Source: a virus
Lineage: Duplodnaviria > Caudoviricetes
Virus record (IMG/VR): IMGVR_UViG_3300021600_000393
Span: 1 to 64,000 of that record
Reading direction: 5' to 3' (one strand)
DNA length: 64,000 bases
The position numbers and the translations under genes are program-made. This document shows, in pieces, positions 54,001 through 62,018 of this stretch. Position 1 is the stretch's first letter. Each line of letters begins with the position of its first letter. Below the pieces are notes generated by a model. The model did not search any database. It worked only from the letters and a program-made list of their open reading frames with translations, and was not told the origin of the DNA.

Positions 54001-54589
54001 TTACACCATAAATTTGATTTTTTAAATCTGAACTTAATGTTGATGTTGTACCGTTAAATTGTTGATAAGTAGAATTTAAGTCTTCATTTAATAACCAAGG
54101 AAATGTTTCTGTAAAATCTACCGAAGTAACATTATCATTATTCCCTGTAAAAGAAACTGAATAAGCGTATTCTTCATATTCAACACAACTTTCAACACAA
54201 TCAACTGTTGATGAACTAAAACAGTTTTGACCAACAGTAGTTGTATCAACGTTTGCAACAGTCGTTATACTCCAAGATGGACCGGCGTCATAACCAGATA
54301 AACCCAAAACTCTCGTAACAAATAATTGGTTTGATTGTTGTAAATAAGATTTAGCTATATAAGCAGCTTCATATTTAGGGATTTGTGTGTTTATGAATTT
54401 TTCGGCGGATGTTCCACCAAAATACGTTGAAAATTCATCAAAATTTGTGATGAAAATAGGTTCAAAAGCGGGACCTTTTAATGTCTCACCAACAATACCT
54501 AAAGTTGTAACGCCAACACTTTGCGCAACAAAACTCAAATCAACTTCCGAGGTATATACTCCCGGGGACACGAATACTTTATTTGCCAT
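51005..54589 (-). CDS. gp18: Tail sheath protein (T4 gp18-like) with large insertion
   Basis: FVSPGVYTSEVDLS, GETLKGPAFEP, TYYPWV, PWFAAAGYTRG, INPI, IWGNKTLQ, RINVRRLL and IKPTKSLEFI motifs. Confidence 0.95.
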   Translation of the reverse strand: MANKVFVSPGVYTSEVDLSFVAQSVGVTTLGIVGETLKGPAFEPIFITNFDEFSTYFGGTSAEKFINTQIPKYEAAYIAKSYLQQSNQLFVTRVLGLSGYDAGPSWSITTVANVDTTTVGQNCFSSSTVDCVESCVEYEEYAYSVSFTGNNDNVTSVDFTETFPWLLNEDLNSTYQQFNGTTSTLSSDLKNQIYGVISNNNTENYSIKYFGVIPQTDYNSLSGYTASTNVFNLDYVNSGNANFNDPNNDPWYYALFDNNGNGTYSGYSFYNYISGLTQTSTSSNCATFYSFSVSGASSALSGSTYSGNINHNTNTISFCLPSATTINDLSALTVTFSACTTGVTLNSVTQYSTGSTVNFTGLTKTYVLVSEDTTVTESWTVNVEISDPCNPCVTGNTGNNNNGIIITNFSGTVNGTLYIYSGTPYLNYDDLVIATMRSRGLATYSTDTGAVYQVTGQTGMTLDFSSSYSGASKNPFSTFGVNITDKDGNNLFFETSFQISDVNYVSKVFGASNFSKPRTTVPLFVEEQFGALLTYGYRKGYIRGVSSNLTYLPDARQGSDPTSIGWYLEQYQSPTSPWVVSELRGNKVSNLFKFTTIADGDAANTEIKISIANISFGNGNFDVLIRDFFDSDEAPVVLEKFTNCNMNPNDNGFIGKKIGTKNGEYTLNSKLVMVEMNDDAPVDALPCGFEGFQYREYAGVRPPFPVYKTKYDFPGEVVYNPPFGLASGADDAIRSNGDKVRRTYLGISDSVGVDTDFLQYKGKQLPLSVCSDSTGDDWAYKTRGYHMDVNASALTISSNYTTSGTPLFFVGASSFTTDPVNESNQYYRLFSRKFTLLCIGGFDGWDIYREYRTNADRFVLGRGGYLKGACPSIKYPTATGWGAFKQITVGDNTIEYGNSDYYAYLLGINTFSNPEAVNINLFVTPGIDYLNNSDLVEGAIQMIEFDRADSLYICTTPDYNLFSPTVGEPTDIIYPQESVDNLEGTGIDSNYTATYYPWVLTRDSVNNTQIYLPPTAEVTRNLALTDNIAFPWFAAAGYTRGLVNAIKARKKLTQEDRDTLYKGRINPIATFSDVGTVIWGNKTLQIRESALDRINVRRLLLQARKLISAVSVRLLFEQNDAKVRQDFLDAVNPILDAIRRDRGLYDFRVTVSSDAADLDRNQLTGKIYIKPTKSLEFIDITFYITPTGASFENI

Positions 54590-54623
54590 TATTAATTTTT
54601 TTTAATTAGTTATTTATTTTCTA

Positions 54624-54630
54624 ATAAATA
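54624..54630 (-). promoter_or_regulatory. TATTTAT putative phage late promoter (tail sheath gene)
   Basis: Recurrent motif upstream of the gp18-like start. Confidence 0.6.
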
Positions 54631-54712
54631 TTTCATTAAATAGCAAAAAACTTGACTTTATGATAAGTATTAATAAATTAGGTAGACTTTTTTCTGCCTT
54701 TTTTATCTTACC

Positions 54713-54880
54713 TTGCAAAACGAGTCAAAAATAAAGAATTTAAAAATTTCAAAAGACGCTCATGAAATTTTAAAAACCTATTGCAACAAAAAAGGAATTA
54801 AAATTTATAGATTTATTGAAAAATTAATTTTAGAAAAATGTAAAAATAAAAAAGATATTTATGGGGATAATTTAGATTAA
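54713..54880 (+). CDS. Small ribbon-helix-helix-like protein (55 aa, TTG start, not in ORF track)
   Basis: Manually translated MQNESKIKNLKISKDAHEILKTYCNKKGIKIYRFIEKLILEKCKNKKDIYGDNLD. Fills the gap divergent from the sheath gene. Confidence 0.65.
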   Translation: MQNESKIKNLKISKDAHEILKTYCNKKGIKIYRFIEKLILEKCKNKKDIYGDNLD

Positions 54881-55909
54881 AGAATTTTCGTATAAAATTT
54901 TAGATTCTAAACTACCATTTGTTTTTATAATAACAATTCTTAAAGTGTCTTTATTATTTATTTGTATCTCAGTTAAATCGGACCCATAATAATTATTGTT
55001 AATATACACATCAAAACTACTAATATTAATTTTTGATTTTATTAGAATATTTGTATTGTAATCATAAACTTGAGTTATAGTACTATTACCAATAATAAAC
55101 AATATTTCTTTTGGTCCTATTATCACATCTTCTTTGTCTTTTTTACGATTAATAATTTTTCGATTATCTAACTCAAGTACTTTAAGAATTCTAGTGATTG
55201 CCGGGGAAACCTCAAATTCGTTTTCGTCTATTAAAAACCCCAACATTGTGAATTCATAACTTTGAATATAATACTTTCTTTTTTCAAGACCAGATTCAGA
55301 CTCATCTGTTATGTTCCCCATAACAATTGGAATATAATGTCCTTTAATTTCAGCGTAGGCTTGTCTTGACGAAAACTTTTCTAAAACATTCTTATTAAAA
55401 GAATTAATTTCTCTCATTCTATTACATATTATTTTAACAGAATAAGTTATATCGACAGGAACTGGTTGTGGTATTTTATATACGTCCATACCATTTCGTG
55501 TACCATCCCAAGTAGGAACCTGAGCGTAAAAAAATTGTTTTCGATTGGGTATTGTGTAAAGTAGAGATGGATTTGTTCCGTATTTAACTTCAGGTATTCT
55601 AACTATAGTTATAAAAGGAGGTTCAACATTTTTATCAATATTTTGTAAATCCCAAGTTTCGGTAAATTGAACCCAATTTTGAGTTGTTATTAAGATATCA
55701 ACCGTTGGAATAATTTTACCGTTAACAATTGTTTTAAGTTCGTTTTTTACAAAAGATAAAAACCCCCCATCTAAATCCGCATGTAATAAAGATTTTGGAA
55801 GGTAAGTTCCATCCATATTAATTTTTTCAACTAATTCTTCTCGTCTAGAAAATAACGTTCTTTGATTAGTTAAAGGTATATTTTTTTTTATTTTACTTGG
55901 TAACGCCAT
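54872..55909 (-). CDS. Tail completion/terminator protein (T4 gp15-like)
   Basis: PPFITIVR and PQPVPVDITYSVKI motifs. Immediately upstream of the sheath gene. Confidence 0.65.
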   Translation of the reverse strand: MALPSKIKKNIPLTNQRTLFSRREELVEKINMDGTYLPKSLLHADLDGGFLSFVKNELKTIVNGKIIPTVDILITTQNWVQFTETWDLQNIDKNVEPPFITIVRIPEVKYGTNPSLLYTIPNRKQFFYAQVPTWDGTRNGMDVYKIPQPVPVDITYSVKIICNRMREINSFNKNVLEKFSSRQAYAEIKGHYIPIVMGNITDESESGLEKRKYYIQSYEFTMLGFLIDENEFEVSPAITRILKVLELDNRKIINRKKDKEDVIIGPKEILFIIGNSTITQVYDYNTNILIKSKINISSFDVYINNNYYGSDLTEIQINNKDTLRIVIIKTNGSLESKILYENSLI

Positions 55910-56511
55910 TACATATCTTTTTTAACCCAATTATAAAATAATTCAGATATTTCTTTTGGGTTTGTTATATTTTCATTTTTTAACATCATTCTAACTTGAC
56001 TAATTAACCCAACAAAATGTTCTGGTGGTACATTTTTATAAAAACCCTCAAAATTTGCTTCGTTTGGTTTAATTATTCCAAATTTAACAAATTCTCTTAA
56101 TTTTCTTTTTGCAAATTCATCGGCAACGGTTTCTATTTTTTTCATAAAAATTGCGGCTTCAATCAAACTAATATTACCTAAATAGCACTCATACATTTTT
56201 TCAGCACCGTATTTTTTAAATTGATATTGATGAGCGATTTCGTGAAATAATATAAATAAAAAATTTGGTAAACTATTGTTAAATATCGTTGAATTTAATA
56301 TTACCCTATCATCTAAAGAAACTCCCATCCCCATTTTTAATGGTTCAACTGTTATCTTTTGACATTCAGAATTTTCTATAAATTTATTTATTTTTTCAAT
56401 TTGGGTATCATCAATATTAAAATTATCTTTAATTTGTGACAAAAAAATGTCAATACCTAAAGTTTCTTCGGTAATTAAATTATATTGTATTTTATTAATT
56501 TTATATCTCAT
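55909..56511 (-). CDS. Zincin-like metallopeptidase (HExxH)
   Basis: FILFHEIAHQYQ plus downstream ETVADEFA third-ligand motif, as in ImmA/IrrE-like peptidases. Confidence 0.7.
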   Translation of the reverse strand: MRYKINKIQYNLITEETLGIDIFLSQIKDNFNIDDTQIEKINKFIENSECQKITVEPLKMGMGVSLDDRVILNSTIFNNSLPNFLFILFHEIAHQYQFKKYGAEKMYECYLGNISLIEAAIFMKKIETVADEFAKRKLREFVKFGIIKPNEANFEGFYKNVPPEHFVGLISQVRMMLKNENITNPKEISELFYNWVKKDM

Positions 56512-56927
56512 AAAAATCTATATTCAAATTCATTATAAGTTACCGTCTTAACAGGTAAATTAAAATAAAATTTAAACCATTCTTTCATTGGTTCCTTCCA
56601 ATGATGACTAAACACAGAATTTAAATGTTCAGCGTATTTACCTTGAACTTCTAAAATTGGTGATTTATCTCTAAATGGTTTATGTGATTCGTCATTTTTA
56701 TTGTAGTAATCAACATCAAAATAATAAAAAATAACATCTGAATCTTCATCGCCTTCCCAATCTCCATTGTAAAATATTAAAAAATTTTCGGTTTCTTCTG
56801 GTTCATTATATTCATTTTCAGCATCAACAGCACCATATGTCCAATTAATTTTATTACCCTCAAGATAATCATCGATATATTTACTGATTACATCGTGTAA
56901 TTTATTTTCACTTATAATTGTTTTCAT
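56508..56927 (-). CDS. Hypothetical protein
   Basis: 139-aa acidic ORF coupled to its neighbours. Confidence 0.65.
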   Translation of the reverse strand: MKTIISENKLHDVISKYIDDYLEGNKINWTYGAVDAENEYNEPEETENFLIFYNGDWEGDEDSDVIFYYFDVDYYNKNDESHKPFRDKSPILEVQGKYAEHLNSVFSHHWKEPMKEWFKFYFNLPVKTVTYNEFEYRFL

Positions 56928-57439
56928 TATAATCCTCTAAATTCATTATCAACAACTGCTGACGCAGTTATTGTCCTATAAAATGGTTTGTATCCCGCAT
57001 AATTATGTTTATTGTCAGATATTACTCTACCGTCATTATTAACCGTATAGTATCTTACGCGGTCTTCAGTTTCATAATAACCAATATAATCACCATAACT
57101 AATATCTATATTTAATTCATCAAGTTGTTTTTGATACACAGAAACAGTTAAATTTCCAGGTTCAAGTTGTTCTATTTTTGAAGTGCCGTAAGTTTTATTT
57201 TCTGGGGCCACTATTTTAACATACCCCTTAAATTCAACCGGAGGTAAAAATTTAATTCCATCGGAAACGGATTCGCCGTAAACATTATCTGTTTTAGTTT
57301 TCATTCGGTCAATCCTATATAAAACCAATGTAAAATTTAAATCACCATAAAGCCACTCAGAACCTACTGACGTGTCTAAATCAAAATCTTCTTGTGAAAA
57401 AAATTTACCTAACCTTGTTATTGGTACTTTGTTAACCAT
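56927..57439 (-). CDS. Neck/head-closure protein (T4 gp14-like)
   Basis: DNVYGE....KF..PVE and GDYI motifs, in neck/tail context. Confidence 0.6.
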   Translation of the reverse strand: MVNKVPITRLGKFFSQEDFDLDTSVGSEWLYGDLNFTLVLYRIDRMKTKTDNVYGESVSDGIKFLPPVEFKGYVKIVAPENKTYGTSKIEQLEPGNLTVSVYQKQLDELNIDISYGDYIGYYETEDRVRYYTVNNDGRVISDNKHNYAGYKPFYRTITASAVVDNEFRGL

Positions 57440-57478
57440 TATTGATAAATATTAGAATAAGCCTTATTTTTCATTTAA

Positions 57479-59236
57479 TTGACATCAATAAAAAATAATA
57501 CAATTGAACAAAAACCATTATCAATTCTAACTGATTATAATGGGGCTAATAATTATATTATTAATTTAAAAATAAAAAAAGAAAGTAATAATAAATTTTA
57601 TTTAACCCCTTCTCAATCCGAATATTTAATTAATTATTCAAAAATAATTCCAAAAGTCGCAAAAAAATGGGTGGACATTGACCCTTATTTTGCAAAAAAA
57701 ATTGCCGACGAAAAACTATTAACTTTTATACCTGAAAAAATTTGGGTTGAAAAATTACTTGTTGAAAAAGAAAAATCTTATCATATTTGGGGAAAAATTT
57801 TATCGGGAGATACAAATTACGATTTTTGGTTACCAAAAGGAGCTTTTATTAAAACCCACGTAATTAAAGATGTAAAAATTGATTATAATAAATACTCTAA
57901 TAGGTTTCCACTTGAACATCAAAAAATAGCGATTGAAAAATTGGCAGGGTCGTCAAGGTTTATTCTTGCGGACGACATGGGGTTGGGTAAAACTCTAAGT
58001 GCGGTAATAGCCGCGTTGGAAACAAATGAAAAAAGAATTTTGGTAGTTTGTCCTGCAACGCTTAAAATAAATTGGAGAAGAGAATTTGAATTTTTTACAA
58101 AAAAAACAATTTTTATTGCGGAAAGTAAAACATTTTCTGACGACGCTGACATTGTGATTGTTAATTATGATATACTTAAAAATTTTCACAATCCAAAAAA
58201 CATCAAGGAGTCTAAAATATACGATAAGTTTGATATAATAATTGCGGACGAATGTCATTATGTGTCTAACCCTCAATCAAAACGAACTAAAATATTTAAC
58301 CATTTTGCAAAAAAATCAAAGTATCTATGGTTATTGTCAGGAACTCCAATGACTAATCGTCCAATTAATTATTTTAATTTACTTTCCCTTATTGATAGTC
58401 CAGTTGCTCAAAATTGGGTAGGTTATGCGGTTCGTTATTGCGAGGGGTACCAATTTAACGCCGGAGGTCGTAAAATATGGAATGTGTCTGGAGCATCTAA
58501 TTTAGAAGAATTAAGAGAAAGAACATCAAGACAATTTTTAAGACGATTGAAGACGGAAGTTTTAGAGTTACCTGAAAAAATAATAACCCCAATTTATTTA
58601 AAATTAAAATCAAAATTGTACGAAAACTTAATGGGCGAATATTATGATTGGTACGATAATAAAAAAGAAGAGTCAACATCACTTACAATTCAATTTAGTA
58701 AATTAATGAAAGTAAGGCAAGTTATCGCCGAAGAAAAAATAAATAACACGATTGAATTAGCACAAAATATAATTGACCAAGACAAAAAAGTTATTATTTT
58801 TACAAATTTTACAGACACGTTAAATAGAATTGCTGACCATTTTGGTAAACAATCGGTTAGGTTAGATGGTTCAACCCCAAAATTAAAAAGACAAGAATCC
58901 GTGGACCAATTTCAAGAAAATGAAAAAGTAAAAGTCTTTGTTGGTAATATGAGAGCTGCCGGAGTTGGAATAACTTTAACATCGGCAGAAGCGGTTATTA
59001 TTAACGATTTGTCTTTTGTTCCTGGGGAATTATCTCAAGCTGAAGACAGAGCTTATAGGTACGGTCAAAAAAACAACGTTTTAGTTTACTATCCAATATT
59101 TCATAATACTATTGAAGGGGGGATATATGATATTGTTGTAAATAAAAAACAAATCATTGATACTGTGATGGGTGATAATTTAGATAAAAGCGACGTTGTT
59201 GCTGAAATCATGAACAGAATACAAGAAAAAAGATAA
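57479..59236 (+). CDS. SNF2-family helicase (HARP/SMARCAL1-like)
   Basis: LADDMGLGKT, DECH box, LSGTPMTNRP, RRLK, GVGITLT and QAEDRAYRYGQ motifs. Confidence 0.92.
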   Translation: MTSIKNNTIEQKPLSILTDYNGANNYIINLKIKKESNNKFYLTPSQSEYLINYSKIIPKVAKKWVDIDPYFAKKIADEKLLTFIPEKIWVEKLLVEKEKSYHIWGKILSGDTNYDFWLPKGAFIKTHVIKDVKIDYNKYSNRFPLEHQKIAIEKLAGSSRFILADDMGLGKTLSAVIAALETNEKRILVVCPATLKINWRREFEFFTKKTIFIAESKTFSDDADIVIVNYDILKNFHNPKNIKESKIYDKFDIIIADECHYVSNPQSKRTKIFNHFAKKSKYLWLLSGTPMTNRPINYFNLLSLIDSPVAQNWVGYAVRYCEGYQFNAGGRKIWNVSGASNLEELRERTSRQFLRRLKTEVLELPEKIITPIYLKLKSKLYENLMGEYYDWYDNKKEESTSLTIQFSKLMKVRQVIAEEKINNTIELAQNIIDQDKKVIIFTNFTDTLNRIADHFGKQSVRLDGSTPKLKRQESVDQFQENEKVKVFVGNMRAAGVGITLTSAEAVIINDLSFVPGELSQAEDRAYRYGQKNNVLVYYPIFHNTIEGGIYDIVVNKKQIIDTVMGDNLDKSDVVAEIMNRIQEKR

Positions 59237-59270
59237 GGTACCTGTTATTAACAATTACAGTCCCTTGTAA

Positions 59271-59277
59271 TATTTAT
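59271..59277 (+). promoter_or_regulatory. TATTTAT putative phage late promoter (SOD fusion)
   Basis: Recurrent motif 5 nt upstream of the ATG, in the plus orientation matching the gene. Confidence 0.6.
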
Positions 59278-59282
59278 TGTAA

Positions 59283-60833
59283 ATGGAAAAATTAAAATTA
59301 AAATCACAAAAGATTGAAAAACAAATCTTATTAGCCGAAAAACAAGACGTTAAAGAAACCCTTATTACCGAAATGAAAAAAATCGGTATTGAAAAATTAC
59401 CCTATTCGTACACTTCTTTAAAAAAATTTATTGACTCTGAAACAATGTCAATACATTATAATCGTCATTATAAAAATTATGTTGAAAAATTAAACAAACT
59501 AATTTCTAAAAAAGATTATCCAGATATGGAACTCGAAGAAATTGTTAAATCTATTAGTCGATTTAATAAAGGGGTTAGAAATAATGCAGGTGGGGCGTTT
59601 AATCACGCTTTGTTTTGGAAAATGTTGTCTCCAACAACTCAAGAACCTAATGGTGAAGTATTAGAAAGAATTAAAAAAGATTTTGGAACTTATAAAAGTT
59701 TTGTTAATATGTTTCAAAACGCAGCAAAAGAAAGATTTGGTTCTGGATGGGTTTGGTTGGTTTTAACTAAAAATAACGTATTAAAAATACTTTCGACTGA
59801 AAACCAAGACAATCCGTTAATGAATGTTGTGAAAGATGGCGGATACCCAATATTAGGGTTAGATTTATGGGAACACGCGTATTATTTAAAATATCGAAAT
59901 AAAAGAGACGAATACGTTACTAATTTTTGGAAATGTGTAAATTGGGAATTTGTTAATTCACTTTATAATTCAAGATTAAAGAAAAAAATTAATGAAACAG
60001 AAAATTTACGTAAACTTATTTCTGAAACAAAATCAAATACTTGTAGTTGGCCAGAGGTTGAAGCGATTAGGTTTATTTTTAATAACAATCCAAATATTAA
60101 ATATATGTACAGAACGGCTATAGATATAATTTTATCTGAAGTTTTTCCTGAACATTATTATAAAGAAAATGAGTATGAACCAAACAGTTTATATGGAATT
60201 TATGATTTAGAACAACCTGGAAGGTCAGGAATAAATAAATTAAACACTAATTATAACACTTTTTGTACCTTACTTAAAGATATAAATCTTGTTATTACCC
60301 GTGAAAAAGGAAGTGACCCAATAAATAAAATAAATATTGTTGGTGTTAAACCATTTGAACAAATATTACAAACTAAAAAATTTATTGAATATTTAAACGA
60401 ATATAAATTTCGAATCTTTTCAAGAAATTCAGAAACATTTAATAATTTAATGGTAATTTTAAAAGAAAAAGACTCTATTGGTGAAAAAAGAGAATCGTCA
60501 GTTGTCAAAAAACTTAAAGAAATTTATGGCGAAGACAACGTAATAAAAGTAGGTGAATTAGGTAGTAAAAGAGACACTAAAGATGGTGTGGATTGTGAAA
60601 TAATTATAAATGGGGAGGTATTAACAGCTCAAATAAAACCATTTTTAAAAGCTGAAGATATCGGGGAAAATTTTAAAATGCACAATACTGGAAATGTAAA
60701 ACCTTACAAAACAAATTTTATTATTTTTTCAACAATGAGTAATAAAATAATGGTATTTAAAAATGATGATATCACAATTAAAAATGGTAATTATATAATA
60801 CCAAAGAAAAATTTAATTCATAATATTTATTAG
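59283..60833 (+). CDS. sodA: Fe/Mn superoxide dismutase (Mn-type signature) fused to a C-terminal PD-(D/E)xK-like domain
   Basis: LPYSY, HYNRHY, NAGGAFNHALFW, FGSGWVWL, NQDNP and DLWEHAYY motifs. About 280 extra C-terminal aa with GEKRE...DGVDC...AQIK. Confidence 0.88.
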   Translation: MEKLKLKSQKIEKQILLAEKQDVKETLITEMKKIGIEKLPYSYTSLKKFIDSETMSIHYNRHYKNYVEKLNKLISKKDYPDMELEEIVKSISRFNKGVRNNAGGAFNHALFWKMLSPTTQEPNGEVLERIKKDFGTYKSFVNMFQNAAKERFGSGWVWLVLTKNNVLKILSTENQDNPLMNVVKDGGYPILGLDLWEHAYYLKYRNKRDEYVTNFWKCVNWEFVNSLYNSRLKKKINETENLRKLISETKSNTCSWPEVEAIRFIFNNNPNIKYMYRTAIDIILSEVFPEHYYKENEYEPNSLYGIYDLEQPGRSGINKLNTNYNTFCTLLKDINLVITREKGSDPINKINIVGVKPFEQILQTKKFIEYLNEYKFRIFSRNSETFNNLMVILKEKDSIGEKRESSVVKKLKEIYGEDNVIKVGELGSKRDTKDGVDCEIIINGEVLTAQIKPFLKAEDIGENFKMHNTGNVKPYKTNFIIFSTMSNKIMVFKNDDITIKNGNYIIPKKNLIHNIY

Positions 60834-60834
60834 T

Positions 60835-61974
60835 ATGTTAAATATTAAATTGTCAAAAAAACAATTAAAAGTTTTAGTTGAAGATATAAATAACAATATC
60901 GATTACACATATCGACTTTGCAAACAATCAGTTGACAAAAAAATTAACTCCTCCCCTTGGTGCGAATTAAAAAATATAAGTTATCGAGCGTCAGATGTTT
61001 TAAACAAACAATTACAGGAAACTTTAAAAACCTTACTTGATTTTTTTCCTAGACATCATACAGGTATTTTACCTAACATTATTAAAATTTCACAACAAGA
61101 CCAAAATAGAACTATTTCGTTTTTAAAAACAATTGCCGATTTTATAAACGACCCATTGTTTAGTGATGACCAAAGTAAAAAAACATTACAAAATTTTAAA
61201 AATCTTGATGAAATACCAAGTGATTTAGAAGACCTTTTAAAAGTTGTAAGAGCTAAAGAATATTCAAATTATGAAAATTCTTTTGTTGGGAACGAATTTA
61301 CACTCAAACGAGGAATGTTAAAACTAGATTACAAATGTGGCGATTTAACTGAAACTAAAAATTTTTTTGAAATAATTAAAAAAATTAATCAAGATTCTAA
61401 TTTAGCATCTGAATATTGTACAAAAATTATTGAATGTGTAAAATCTTCAATAAATAACATAAACATTCCGCAAAAAGGAGATTTAATTACTAATTCACCA
61501 TTATACGTTATTGAAAATGGGGTTAATAAAAAGATTTTTGATGCCAATTCTTTTTTTGAAGTTAAAAAAATGGATGTCGAAATTGATAGTTACCTTTCAG
61601 AATTTTTTTCTATTTTTAAAAAAACAGATTTAAAAAGTTTAAAACCGGAGTATATTCAAACATATAATAAAGTAATGTCAGTATTATATATGTGGATTAA
61701 ATCTAATGGAAATGAATTTTTAAATAATGTAAGAAAATCACTTAATGGAATAATTTATGATAAAAACATAATTGTTCCAACAGAAAATATTGAATTTTAT
61801 TGGTCAAATAAAGGACAACGAGGTTGTGATGAATTAAGACTTTCTATACGATTTAGAATTAAACCTCAAATCACAAAAATTAATGGTTACAAATACATTA
61901 ACGGGTCAAATATTCTTGAAAATTTTGTTTTTGATGTAAAACAAAAAGACACTGAGCAAATAATTTGTAAATAA
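60835..61974 (+). CDS. Hypothetical protein, possible PD-(D/E)xK-like fold
   Basis: 379 aa. KGDLI...FEVKK spacing is only suggestive. Has its own TATTTAT motif. Confidence 0.55.
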   Translation: MLNIKLSKKQLKVLVEDINNNIDYTYRLCKQSVDKKINSSPWCELKNISYRASDVLNKQLQETLKTLLDFFPRHHTGILPNIIKISQQDQNRTISFLKTIADFINDPLFSDDQSKKTLQNFKNLDEIPSDLEDLLKVVRAKEYSNYENSFVGNEFTLKRGMLKLDYKCGDLTETKNFFEIIKKINQDSNLASEYCTKIIECVKSSINNINIPQKGDLITNSPLYVIENGVNKKIFDANSFFEVKKMDVEIDSYLSEFFSIFKKTDLKSLKPEYIQTYNKVMSVLYMWIKSNGNEFLNNVRKSLNGIIYDKNIIVPTENIEFYWSNKGQRGCDELRLSIRFRIKPQITKINGYKYINGSNILENFVFDVKQKDTEQIICK

Positions 61975-61997
61975 TCGAGAGTTTTCAATAACTTAAA

Positions 61998-62005
61998 TAT
62001 TTATA
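61998..62005 (+). promoter_or_regulatory. TATTTATA putative phage late promoter (neck gene)
   Basis: Recurrent motif upstream of the gp13-like start. Confidence 0.6.
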
Positions 62006-62018
62006 CAATAAATACTTT

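Noticed and set aside
8458-60508. Numerous short ORFs nested in or antisense to long genes (e.g. 9406-9660, 10049-10294, 39330-39710, 47521-47778, 53334-53678, 57919-58276, 60251-60508)
   Set aside because: They overlap well-supported CDSs, have no recognisable motifs and are expected by chance.
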